Of a stretch of DNA of 64,000 nt, positions 1 through 8,273 are shown piece after piece. Position numbers and translations under genes: made by a program. The DNA lies in the NCBI GenBank assembly GCA_965237415.1, contig CBDEFM010000002.1, positions 1,312,001 through 1,376,000 of the forward strand, read 5' to 3'. Under the pieces are notes generated by a model. It saw nothing but the letters and a program-made list of their open reading frames with translations, was not told where the DNA came from and searched no databases. Each line of letters opens with the position of its first letter. The stretch's first letter is position 1. This DNA is from Alphaproteobacteria bacterium (GTDB taxonomy: Bacteria; Pseudomonadota; Alphaproteobacteria; UBA828).

Positions 1-147
1 GACTACACCTGGATCACGACTGAGCTCGTCCGGCTCGCGGGCGAGCTCTGCGACGGCCATGTCGTCTCGACCCTCGAAGGCGGCTACAACCTGCGCGCCC
101 TCGGCGCGAGCGCCGCGGCCCACGTCGAGGCGCTGATGGCGGCGTAG
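1..147 (+). CDS. Histone deacetylase/AcuC-family deacetylase, 3' end (partial)
   Basis: Frame 1 reads DYTWITTELVRLAGELCDGHVVSTLEGGYNLRALGASAAAHVEALMAA*; the S-x-LEGGY motif is typical of the HDAC-family C-terminus. Confidence 0.85.
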   Translation, partial: DYTWITTELVRLAGELCDGHVVSTLEGGYNLRALGASAAAHVEALMAA

Positions 148-370
148 CAAGCCGGCTCGTCCGATCCGCCCCGGCAGCTGCGCCGCGCAACGCGGCGCCC
201 CGAGCGAAACCGGCATAGCGAGGATTCGCCAAGTCATTGTGTCAAATGAATGGGCTACGTGAAATTGGGTTCGTTTTGTAATTTTCCATTTTCCGTCCTC
301 GCCTCCCTCGCCGTGCTCCCTATGTGACGGGAGCCGGAGGAGCCTAGACCGGAATTGTCGCGCGATCCCC

Positions 371-682
371 CTAACCCTGGTCCAGCGCAGCGTCCTCTTC
401 CGGCGTGACGGTCTTGAGCGCGAGCGCGTGCACGTCGGTCCGCAACTCGTCCGCCAGCGCCTTGTGGACCAGGCGCTGACGGGCGACCCGCGAGAGGCCG
501 GCGAATTGCGCCGAGGCGATCTCGACGGTGAAGTGGCTCTCGCCCTCGGGCCGCGCGCCGGCATGGCCGGCATGGCGCGCGGAATCGTCCACGATATCGA
601 GGCGGCTCGGCGCGAGCGCCTCGCTCAGCTTGCGCTGGATGGCGGCCTGGACCCGCCCGCCCTGCGTCATCTCACTCGCCAT
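371..682 (-). CDS. bolA: BolA family protein
   Basis: DDSARHAGHAG...GESHF...F.GLSRVARQRLV...VHAL motifs; start moved to ATG 682 because the longer ORF runs into the repeat element. Confidence 0.9.
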   Translation of the reverse strand: MASEMTQGGRVQAAIQRKLSEALAPSRLDIVDDSARHAGHAGARPEGESHFTVEIASAQFAGLSRVARQRLVHKALADELRTDVHALALKTVTPEEDAALDQG

Positions 683-711
683 TTGCCGTTCCGACTGCGA
701 CCCGGCCACTC

Positions 712-822
712 CCCCTACCGTCATGCCCGGACTTGTTCCGGGCATCCATCTCGGTCACGTCCGTCGCAGCATGGGCGACCGTATGGATGGCCGGGACAAG
801 CCCGGCCATGACGAGGTAGGGG
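712..822. repeat. Palindromic REP/MITE-like element (alphaproteobacterial GTCATGCCCGG...CCGGCCATGAC type)
   Basis: GTCATGCCCGGACTTGTTCCGGGCATCCA (720-748) is an imperfect inverted repeat of TGGATGGCCGGGACAAGCCCGGCCATGAC (784-812); outer stem CCCCTACC/GGTAGGGG. Confidence 0.8.
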
Positions 823-859
823 CATCACGCAAGATCGCACGAACTTCTCCGGCCGGCCA

Positions 860-1165
860 CTACAGCCTCTTTTGGAAATAGAAGCGCATGGTGTCGTCGG
901 TGGTCTCGATCCGGCCCGAGAAGGAAGTCAGGTTGACCTCCAGCTCGGCGATCCGAAACGGCCGGCCGAGCACGCGCGCCACGGTCTCGGCGCGCACCAC
1001 GCACTCGCCCTCGGTCTCCGCCCGCACATAGGCGATCCGGTCCTCGACCGTGAACTCCTTGCCCGGATTGTCTTCCTGCAGGGCCTCGACCACGGCATCG
1101 GCAACCTCGCCGACGCGCAGCACGGGGCCGACCATGTTGTTGCGGGCCACGCCGTCACCGCTCAT
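860..1165 (-). CDS. tmoD: Soluble diiron monooxygenase effector/coupling protein (MmoB/DmpM, TmoD-like)
   Basis: NNMVGPVLR...DNPGKE..V.DR.AYVR...LGRPF...ELEVNL.SF.GRI matches TmoD/TouD; position in the tmo cluster. Confidence 0.9.
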   Translation of the reverse strand: MSGDGVARNNMVGPVLRVGEVADAVVEALQEDNPGKEFTVEDRIAYVRAETEGECVVRAETVARVLGRPFRIAELEVNLTSFSGRIETTDDTMRFYFQKRL

Positions 1166-1201
1166 CGCCGTTCCTCCCGCTCCGCCCGCCGCCGTCAGCC
1201 G

Positions 1202-1537
1202 TCAGGGTTTGGCGTGCTTGGGCTCGATGCCCTCGACGTCGACATAGACGTCCTCGCCTTCGATCTTGACCGGATACTGGGCGATCTCGGCATGGCCGGG
1301 GTTCACCCCCTTGCCCGCCACCACGTCGAACTCCCAGAGATGCATCATACAGGTGAGCACACGGCCCTCCAGGTCGCCGTCCACGAGGTCGACCTCCTGA
1401 TGCGGGCACTGCGCCTGGATCGCGTGGATGCCCTCGCCCTCGACATGGACGAGGAGCACCTCGGTGCCGCCCACATCGAAGGTTTCCATGTCGCCTTCCC
1501 AGATGTCGTCCAGCGTGCAGGCCTTCTTGAACGCCAT
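1202..1537 (-). CDS. tmoC: Rieske [2Fe-2S] ferredoxin, TmoC-like
   Basis: CPHQ...CMMHLWEF Rieske ligands; N-terminus MAFKKACTLDDIWEGDM resembles TmoC. Confidence 0.9.
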   Translation of the reverse strand: MAFKKACTLDDIWEGDMETFDVGGTEVLLVHVEGEGIHAIQAQCPHQEVDLVDGDLEGRVLTCMMHLWEFDVVAGKGVNPGHAEIAQYPVKIEGEDVYVDVEGIEPKHAKP

Positions 1538-1574
1538 GCGTCGATCACTCCACCCTCAGCGCCGCGGGTGCGGT

Positions 1575-1844
1575 CTAGGGCTCTTCGAAATAGATGTCGA
1601 TACAGTCGTAGAAGCGGATGCCGGCCTGCTCCACTGTGAGATCGCGCGGCCAGGGCTGCGCAGAATCGTCGTCGGTGGTCGGCCGCACGCGAAGCGTCTG
1701 GCCGGGCTTGTCCGCCACGTGAAGGTCGATCGAGTGGAAGGCGCAGGTCGCCGCCACCTCGTCCATGGTCTGGGACGGATCGATCTCGACCGTCTTGATG
1801 TGCGCATCCTGCTGGAAGCGCGAGAGGATCGGGAACGCGCTCAT
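1575..1844 (-). CDS. tmoB: Toluene monooxygenase hydroxylase gamma subunit, TmoB-like
   Basis: MSAFP...MDEVA...HS...PRDLTV..AG....D.IDIYFEE resembles TmoB; 89 aa; directly downstream of the alpha subunit. Confidence 0.85.
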   Translation of the reverse strand: MSAFPILSRFQQDAHIKTVEIDPSQTMDEVAATCAFHSIDLHVADKPGQTLRVRPTTDDDSAQPWPRDLTVEQAGIRFYDCIDIYFEEP

Positions 1845-1877
1845 GCCGCTTTCAGCACCGCAATAGATGCCGCTTGG

Positions 1878-3377
1878 CTATTCCGCCGCCTGGGCCCGAA
1901 AACCCTCGATCCAGCGGTAGTCGTGGCCGTCGCGGCCGCCCTCGCTGATGACGCCGATGCCCATGTAGATGAGCACGTTGTCGAGCGTCGGCGGGTCGAT
2001 CTCGCCCGAATACATGCGGTCCACGATGGTCTCGTGGTCCTTGTAGCGCTCCGGTTCGGTATCGAAGATCCAGCGGCAGACCTCGGTGCAGAAGTTGTAG
2101 CGCCGCTCGCCGTACTCGCGCTGATAGGCGCGCGCGCCCCATTCGGGGCCCGGCCGGTGCGAGATCGGGATCTGGCACATGTTGCAGATGATCGGGATGC
2201 ACTGGGGATGCGTCTTCTCCTCGTGCCCCTGGAGCAGATTGTTGGTGATGACGTCCCAATAGCTGCCGTAGCTCTCGTTCCAGCCGGGATATTTCTCCTC
2301 GAGCCACGCGCGCTCCTTGGGCCCCACCGCGCCCGGCGGATTCCACCAGACCGTCGGCCGCCAGGACCAGATGCCGCCCTGCTGGCAGTGATGGTGGTTG
2401 TCGATGTCAGTGAGGAAGATGTCCCAGTACCACGGGCGCTCCAGGCCGAGGTCCTGCACCTGCCGCTCCCACTGATTGATCACCCACTCGTGCATGAACT
2501 CCTTGAAGGACATGTGCCGCTGCTCGAGCGGGATGTAGTAGTCCATCGGAATGCCGACGGTGATCGAGAAGAGCCGCCAGACGCGCCAGAGCGCGATGTC
2601 CATGGCCAGCTGCGCTTCCTTCTTGCGGCCGTTGCGGATCATGATCTCGATGGTGGGCGTGCCGAGCTGGGCGTGACGGGCCTCGTCCGACTGGATGCTC
2701 GTGATCAGGTTCGAGAAGGTGTGATCGCCCATGTTGGCGGCGTCGGTCGAGAGGCCGATCATCTGCAGGTTGGTGAGCGCGGTCTCGAAGGCGAAGGAGA
2801 CCATGATCGACGAGGTGACGGCGTCCCGCGTCATCATGATGTCGTCAAACGCATGACGGCCGCCGAGCACCGCCCAGTTCTTGGAATGCTGGGCCTCGTG
2901 GGCCCAGTCGTACTGGCGGTCGAGGTGGACCAGCTCGTGCGGGAAGAAGAGCTGCAGCTGGGTGTGCCGCAGCTCGTCGAGCATGCCGTAGACCGACATG
3001 TTGCGCATCGCGGGCGACGGGCCGAAGCGGGACATTCGCGCCTGGAACTGGCAGGCCTGATACTCCGTCAGCGCCACGGCGCCGTAGTGCAGCTTCAGCA
3101 CGCTGGCCCAGCCTTCGTCGGCCTGTTCGTAGAACTTGGAGCGCGCCAATGCCGCCTTCACCGAGTAGGCAGCCGAATCCTTCTCGCGCTGGATGGTCAC
3201 ATATTCGCGGTACGAGACCTTGTAAGGCTCGTCGAAGGTCTCCCACTCCTCGGTGGGGATGCCGTAGGGATCGCCCATCTCGGGCGGAAAGAGCGCCTCC
3301 CGCGACACGTAGGAGGGCGTCCAGTTGGTATCCCGCGCAATATCGTACCACTCGGAACGCTCGAGCATCGCCGACAT
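1878..3377 (-). CDS. tmoA: Soluble diiron monooxygenase hydroxylase alpha subunit (TmoA/TouA group)
   Basis: Two diiron motifs DELRH and DEARH, WYD..R.TNWTPSYV N-terminus, WLEEKYPGW, C-terminal YHS-like domain; GGAGG RBS before ATG 3377. Confidence 0.93.
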   Translation of the reverse strand: MSAMLERSEWYDIARDTNWTPSYVSREALFPPEMGDPYGIPTEEWETFDEPYKVSYREYVTIQREKDSAAYSVKAALARSKFYEQADEGWASVLKLHYGAVALTEYQACQFQARMSRFGPSPAMRNMSVYGMLDELRHTQLQLFFPHELVHLDRQYDWAHEAQHSKNWAVLGGRHAFDDIMMTRDAVTSSIMVSFAFETALTNLQMIGLSTDAANMGDHTFSNLITSIQSDEARHAQLGTPTIEIMIRNGRKKEAQLAMDIALWRVWRLFSITVGIPMDYYIPLEQRHMSFKEFMHEWVINQWERQVQDLGLERPWYWDIFLTDIDNHHHCQQGGIWSWRPTVWWNPPGAVGPKERAWLEEKYPGWNESYGSYWDVITNNLLQGHEEKTHPQCIPIICNMCQIPISHRPGPEWGARAYQREYGERRYNFCTEVCRWIFDTEPERYKDHETIVDRMYSGEIDPPTLDNVLIYMGIGVISEGGRDGHDYRWIEGFRAQAAE

Positions 3378-3586
3378 TCCGACCTCCCGTTCGCTGGTCA
3401 CAGCGGAGCACCGCGGCGCCTCGCCGCCGCCCCGGCAACGCCCGCCATTCTCATGTCATAGCACGGCCGACGCAAGCGGGAGCCCGCGTCGCCCGCGCCT
3501 GAAAGGTCGCGGGCGCGGAGAAGAGTCGCGCTGGTCCGCAGTCCGTGCCACAGGCGCGAGACGCGCAAAACGCAAAATTTCAAAGC

Positions 3587-3648
3587 GGGATTCGCCGGGA
3601 TTAAGTGGGATTAACTGGGATAAGTGGGATAAGTGGGATTCTGCGGGA
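3587..3648. repeat. Short tandem repeat array, 7 GGGA(T) cores with 9-10 bp period, upstream of tmoA
   Basis: gggattcgcc gggattaagt gggattaact gggataagt gggataagt gggattctgc ggga. Confidence 0.8.
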
Positions 3649-3818
3649 CGGGCGCCGGCCGACGCGGGCGGCAGCCACTCGACCGAGAAGCGCCCTCTCG
3701 CCGCAACTGTCGCGCCCTGTCCGCCCGTGTGCTGCATGCGCGATCCTGGCGCGGGCGCCGCGCGCGGTGCACCGCACCATGGTTCGGTGAGTGGCGAGCG
3801 AACGAAGGCGGTGCCGGG

Positions 3819-4799
3819 TCAACCCATGAGGTCGAGGCAGGCGTCCACGATGTGCCGGGCGCTCATGCCGTAGCGCGCGCGAATCTTGTCGGTCGGGCCG
3901 ACGACGGCGAACTCGTCGGGCATGCCGACCATGCGCATGGACGTGGGCCGCCTGACGGCCAACAACTCCGCCACCGCACCGCCGAGACCGCCGGTCAGAT
4001 GATGCTCCTCGGCGGTCACGATGCCCCGCGTCTCCTCGGCCGCGGCGAGGATCGCGTCTTCGTCCAGCGGCTTGATCGTGGACATGTTGAGCACCCGCAC
4101 ACCCACACCCTGCTCGGCGAGTTCCGCCGCCGCATCCATGGCCTGCGCCACCAAGGCACCGCAGGCGATCACGGCCACGTCCGAGCCCTCGGCCAGGCAC
4201 GCAGCCCTGCCGAGGCTGAACGGCGCATCGACCGGCGTCACCGGGCGCTCAGGCGCGCGCCCGCCGAGGCGGAGATAGACGGGGCCGTCGATCTCGTCGG
4301 TGGCCAGCGTCGCGTGCCACGCCTCGTGGGCATCGGCCGGCACCAGCACCGTCATGTTGGGAAAACTCCGCATCAGCGCCAGGTCCTCCAGCGCATGATG
4401 AGTGCCGCCCGAGACGGCGAGCGAGACCCCGCTCGCAGCCGCCCCGATCACCACGCGTTGATTCGCATAGGCGACCTCGTTCCGCACCTGCTCCATGGAG
4501 CGCGCGGAAATGAAGGGCGCGTAGCCGCAGACGAAGGGGCGGAGCCCCGTGGTGGCGAGGCCCGCGGCCACGCCCATGGCGTTCTGCTCGGCGATGCCCA
4601 CATCGATGACGCGCTCCGGCGCGTGGTCGATGAAGCCCCGGAGCCCGATCAGGTCGAGCGTGTCGGCGGAGACCGCAACCACCCTTTCGTCCCGGCGGCC
4701 GAGCTCGGTCAGAGCAAGCCCGAAGGCGAGGCGCGATTGATTGGCCGCCGCCTTCACCCAGGCGGGCTCGGCCCCGTTGTCCTGCTGCGGCGCGCTCAT
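3819..4799 (-). CDS. Transketolase C-terminal (pyrimidine-binding) subunit
   Basis: DVGIAEQNAMGVAAGLA, GGTHHALED, EEH...GGLG motifs; true start MSAPQQ at 4799 overlaps the upstream stop. Confidence 0.9.
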   Translation of the reverse strand: MSAPQQDNGAEPAWVKAAANQSRLAFGLALTELGRRDERVVAVSADTLDLIGLRGFIDHAPERVIDVGIAEQNAMGVAAGLATTGLRPFVCGYAPFISARSMEQVRNEVAYANQRVVIGAAASGVSLAVSGGTHHALEDLALMRSFPNMTVLVPADAHEAWHATLATDEIDGPVYLRLGGRAPERPVTPVDAPFSLGRAACLAEGSDVAVIACGALVAQAMDAAAELAEQGVGVRVLNMSTIKPLDEDAILAAAEETRGIVTAEEHHLTGGLGGAVAELLAVRRPTSMRMVGMPDEFAVVGPTDKIRARYGMSARHIVDACLDLMG

Positions 4800-5626
4800 G
4801 CCGGCCCGCCCAGCTCGGCCATGGCCTTCTCGTAGACCTCGTCGCTCACCGCATTGTTGTGCCAGAGGTAGCTGTCCTCGGCGAAGCTCGTGCCCTTGCC
4901 CTTCACCGTGTGGGCGATGAGCAGAGAGGGCTTGTCGGGCGCCTCGGGCAGCGCGTCGAGGGCATCGACGATCGCCTCCATGTCGTGCCCGTCGAGCTCG
5001 CTGACCTGCCAGCCGAAGGCCCGCCACTTGTCCGCCAGCGGCTCCAGCCCCAGCATCTCGGCGACATGGCCGCTCTGCTGCACCTTGTTGCAGTCGACGA
5101 TGGCGGTGAACGAGAGCGGCGCAAGGTGGGCGGCGGCCATCGCAGCCTCCCAGTTGGAGCCTTCCTGCAGCTCGCCGTCGCCCAGCATCACCACGGTGCG
5201 CGCGCCGGTTCCCTGCAGCCTGGCGCCAAGCGCCATGCCGAGACCGACGGAAAGGCCGTGGCCGAGGCCGCCGGTCGACATCTCGACACCGGGGACCTTG
5301 ATATCGGGATGCATGCCGAACAGCGATTCGAAGCCGTAGAAGGTATCCAGAAAACCGTCGTCCACGAAGCCGGCCTGGGCCAGCACCGCGCCGAGCGCCG
5401 TGTTGGCGTGCCCCTTGGAGAGCACGAAGCGGTCCCGCTCGGGCCAGTCCGGCTCCTCGGGCCTCAGCCTGAGATAGTGGAAATAGAGCGCTGCCAGCAG
5501 GTCGGCCGCGGAGAGCGAGCCCCCCATGTGCCCGGACCCTGCCGCCCGTAGCGCCCGCCACGTGTTACGCCGAATGTTGAGCGCCTGCTCGCGCAACCCG
5601 CGCAGCAGCGCTTCCCTGTTGCTCAC
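4796..5626 (-). CDS. Transketolase N-terminal (TPP-binding) subunit
   Basis: GHMGGSLS, RDRFVLSKGH, GDGELQEGSNWEA TPP motif; GTG start after GGAGG. Confidence 0.9.
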   Translation of the reverse strand: MSNREALLRGLREQALNIRRNTWRALRAAGSGHMGGSLSAADLLAALYFHYLRLRPEEPDWPERDRFVLSKGHANTALGAVLAQAGFVDDGFLDTFYGFESLFGMHPDIKVPGVEMSTGGLGHGLSVGLGMALGARLQGTGARTVVMLGDGELQEGSNWEAAMAAAHLAPLSFTAIVDCNKVQQSGHVAEMLGLEPLADKWRAFGWQVSELDGHDMEAIVDALDALPEAPDKPSLLIAHTVKGKGTSFAEDSYLWHNNAVSDEVYEKAMAELGGPA

Positions 5627-5730
5627 CGTACCGGCCTCCCGTCTGGGTCTCAACGCAGTGCGACATGGCGCGCCCACTCCCAGGCGAGCCGCCATGCGCT
5701 CTCTTTACCATGGCGGATGGAAGCAACCAC

Positions 5731-5832
5731 CCCCACCTCTCCCCGGCCCTCTCCTCCCGGTGGGAGGAGAGGGAGAGAAGGCCGGCGCGACCTGCGTTCC
5801 CCCTCCGCCCTCCGGGGACAGGGGGAGGTGGG
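5731..5832. repeat. REP/RIME-like palindromic element (CCCTCTCC...GGAGAGGG type)
   Basis: cacctctccccggccctctcctcccggtgggaggagaggg hairpin, with outer pairing ccccacctc...gaggtggg, between divergent genes. Confidence 0.65.
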
Positions 5833-5889
5833 CCGGCTGGCCGCGCCGCACGATTTCTCTGAGGCCGCATTGGCTTTAGGCTTGCCGTC

Positions 5890-6288
5890 ATGACCGGGCA
5901 GGGAACCCAGCCGCCGAGCGCGGCGGATATGGAGCTGATCGCCGACCGCGAATACCGCCGCATCCCCGCCTTCCTGCGCGAGCCGATCGATCCGGTGATG
6001 ATCCGCGTCGTGGACTTCCCCAGCGACGAAGTGCAGGAGGAGATGGAGCTGGATAGCCCCTACGATCTGCTCGGCCTCTATCAGGGCGTCTCCCTCGACC
6101 AGGGCGGGGTCCAGGACGTGCGCGAGGACGTCGACTTGATCTTTCTCTACCGCCGCCCGCTCCTCGACTACTGGGTCGAGACCGGCAACAGTCTGGAGGA
6201 GGTCGTCCGCCACGTGCTGATCCACGAGATCGGCCACCACTTCGGCCTCTCGGACGAGGACATGGAGCGTATCGAGGCCACCGGATGA
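5890..6288 (+). CDS. Zincin-like metallopeptidase (Zincin_1 family)
   Basis: LLGLYQG...IFLYRRP...HVLIHEIGHHFGLSDED. Confidence 0.88.
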   Translation: MTGQGTQPPSAADMELIADREYRRIPAFLREPIDPVMIRVVDFPSDEVQEEMELDSPYDLLGLYQGVSLDQGGVQDVREDVDLIFLYRRPLLDYWVETGNSLEEVVRHVLIHEIGHHFGLSDEDMERIEATG

Positions 6289-6327
6289 CGCGGTGCGCGC
6301 CAGTCCCGTCGCAGACCCCTGCGCGCC

Positions 6328-6885
6328 TCAATCCGCCGGCGATACCGGCCCCAGCGGGTAGCTCGCCTCCACCGCGTAGTGGGCGCCGCCCGCGCCGAGG
6401 CGGCTCGAAAATAGCTCGAACGAGCGCACCGGAAACGGCCCGCCGGTGTAGGGGCCGTGATAGGAGATGAACTCCTGAAGCCGGTGCTGAGCCACTCGCG
6501 AAGCGAAGCGCGCGAGGGTCACGTGAGGCGCAAAATTGCGGCCGTCGGGCTCGAACCCGAGCCCGGTGATGACGGCCTCGGTGCGCTCGCGCAGGCGCAT
6601 GAGCGCAGGATTGTGCGCGACTCCGGCCCACAGGATTCGCACCCTGCCGCGATGCGGGAAGTGGCCCACGCCCTCCAGCGTGAGCGAGAACGGCTCGGCC
6701 TCGATGTGTGCGAGGGCATCCCCGATCTCGCGGAAGGCAGCGCCATCGACCTCGCCGATGAAGCGCAGCGTGAGGTGCATCTGCTCCGCGCTCTGCCAGC
6801 GCGCGCCCGGCAAGCCGCCCCGCAGCATCTCGAGCCGGCGGCGGACGTCTTCGGGCAGGGCGAGGGCGACGAAGAGCCGGATCAT
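6328..6885 (-). CDS. thpR: RNA 2',3'-cyclic phosphodiesterase (2H family)
   Basis: MIRLFVAL start and two HxT motifs (HLTL, PHVTLAR). Confidence 0.9.
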   Translation of the reverse strand: MIRLFVALALPEDVRRRLEMLRGGLPGARWQSAEQMHLTLRFIGEVDGAAFREIGDALAHIEAEPFSLTLEGVGHFPHRGRVRILWAGVAHNPALMRLRERTEAVITGLGFEPDGRNFAPHVTLARFASRVAQHRLQEFISYHGPYTGGPFPVRSFELFSSRLGAGGAHYAVEASYPLGPVSPAD

Positions 6886-6909
6886 CGGGTGCCCAGGCTT
6901 CCCTCCCCC

Positions 6910-7566
6910 TCAACCGCCCTTGTTCCGGGCGATGAGCGCCACTACATGCGGCACCGTGCGCCGCACGATCTCGGCCACGCCTGCGGCGTTGGGATGGATG
7001 CCGTCGGCCTGGTTGAGCGCCGGCACCATGGCAACCCCCTCCAGAAAAAACGGATAGAAAGCCACCCGATGCTTGGCGGCGAGATCCTCGTAGACCGCGC
7101 GGAACGCGGCCGCATAGTCGGCGCCGAAATTGGCCGGCGCGCGCATGCCGGCGAGCAGCGTCGACGCGCCCGATTCGCCGATCTGCGCCAGGATCGTGTC
7201 GAGATTGGCCTCCATCTGGTCCGTGGGCAGGCCGCGCAGGCCGTCGTTGGCGCCGAGCTCGACGATCACGATCTCCGGCGCGTCGGCGAGCGCCCAGTCG
7301 AGCCGCGCCAGCCCGCCGGCGCTGGTGTCGCCCGAGACCCCGGCGTCGATCACGTGCCAGCCGTGGCCTTCGGCCCTGAGCGCGGCTTCCAGACGCGCCG
7401 GGAAGGCGTCTTCGCGCGGCAGGCCAAAGCCTGCGGTAAGGCTGTCCCCCAGCACGACGATTCGGGGCTCCCCGGCGGCAGTCGGGGTGCCGAAAAGCAG
7501 GAGCCAGGCGCTGAGAACGGCTCCGATCCACACGGCGGGGCGGCCGGGGGAGCGGCGCGATGACAT
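6910..7566 (-). CDS. tesA: Arylesterase/acyl-CoA thioesterase I (SGNH/GDSL)
   Basis: GDSLTAG, GVSGDT, ELGANDGLRG, DGIHPN; signal peptide-like N-terminus; divergent from ybbA as in the known tesA-ybbAP layout. Confidence 0.9.
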   Translation of the reverse strand: MSSRRSPGRPAVWIGAVLSAWLLLFGTPTAAGEPRIVVLGDSLTAGFGLPREDAFPARLEAALRAEGHGWHVIDAGVSGDTSAGGLARLDWALADAPEIVIVELGANDGLRGLPTDQMEANLDTILAQIGESGASTLLAGMRAPANFGADYAAAFRAVYEDLAAKHRVAFYPFFLEGVAMVPALNQADGIHPNAAGVAEIVRRTVPHVVALIARNKGG

Positions 7567-8248
7567 GAGCGATCCTGCGGTGGTGCTGGATGACGTGCAC
7601 CTCACCCTGACCAGCAAGGCTGGGCCCGTCAACATCTTGCGCGGGGTCTCGTTCACCGCAGAGCGGGGCGAGAGCATTGCCGTGCTCGGGCCGTCGGGCG
7701 CCGGCAAGTCGACCCTGCTCGCGATCATCGCGGGCCTGGAGCGGGCGGACCGCGGTCGCGTGATCGTGGGCGGCAACGATATCGCCGGCCTGGGGGAGAG
7801 CGCGCTCGCGGCGTTCCGGCGGGGCGCCGTCGGCATCGTGTTTCAGGCCTTCCACCTCATCCCGACCATGACGGCGCTGGAGAACGTGGCGTTGCCCCTG
7901 GAGCTCGGCACCCACGGCGACCCCTTCGGCGCGGCGCGGGAGGCGCTGGAGACCGTCGGCCTCGGCCATCGCCTGCAGCACTATCCGAGCCAGCTTTCGG
8001 GCGGCGAACAGCAGCGCGTCGCGCTCGCCCGGGCCTTCGTGCCCCAGCCGGACGTGCTTCTCGCGGACGAGCCCACCGGCAATCTCGACGGCGAGACCGG
8101 GGGCGCGGTGATGGGGGAGCTCTTTCGGCTCCGCGCCGAACGGGGCTCGACGCTGATCCTGGTCACCCACGACCACGCGCTCGCCGCGCAGTGCGACCGC
8201 ATGGTGCATATCGCGGACGGGCGGATCGCCGCGCCCGCCGAGGGCTGA
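7565..8248 (+). CDS. ybbA: ABC transporter ATP-binding protein (YbbA/LolD-like)
   Basis: GPSGAGKST, LSGGEQQRVALARA, ADEPTGNLD, VTHD. Confidence 0.9.
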   Translation: MSDPAVVLDDVHLTLTSKAGPVNILRGVSFTAERGESIAVLGPSGAGKSTLLAIIAGLERADRGRVIVGGNDIAGLGESALAAFRRGAVGIVFQAFHLIPTMTALENVALPLELGTHGDPFGAAREALETVGLGHRLQHYPSQLSGGEQQRVALARAFVPQPDVLLADEPTGNLDGETGGAVMGELFRLRAERGSTLILVTHDHALAAQCDRMVHIADGRIAAPAEG

Positions 8249-8273
8249 TCCCCTGAAGGCGTCCTCCCATCAA

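Noticed and set aside
230-295. AT-rich patch with AATTGGGTTCGTTTT between convergent genes
   Set aside because: Single copy in the window, with no clear inverted ends or RNA structure to support a call
860-3377. Isoprene/alkene monooxygenase (iso/xamo) assignment
   Set aside because: Alpha-subunit motifs (TNWTPSYV, AYSVKAAL, DELRH.QLQLFFPHE) look closer to TmoA/TouA, and no isoGHIJ-type genes are adjacent; the GST genes are about 58 kb away
3531-3550. Possible sigma-54 promoter (TGGCAC...) upstream of tmoA on the minus strand
   Set aside because: TGGCACGGACTGC has GG-N8-GC spacing rather than the required GG-N10-GC
4800-5561. Apparent 580-aa fused transketolase ORF
   Set aside because: The upstream part is an off-frame overlap with the N-terminal subunit gene; the genes are a normal split pair with overlapping stop/start
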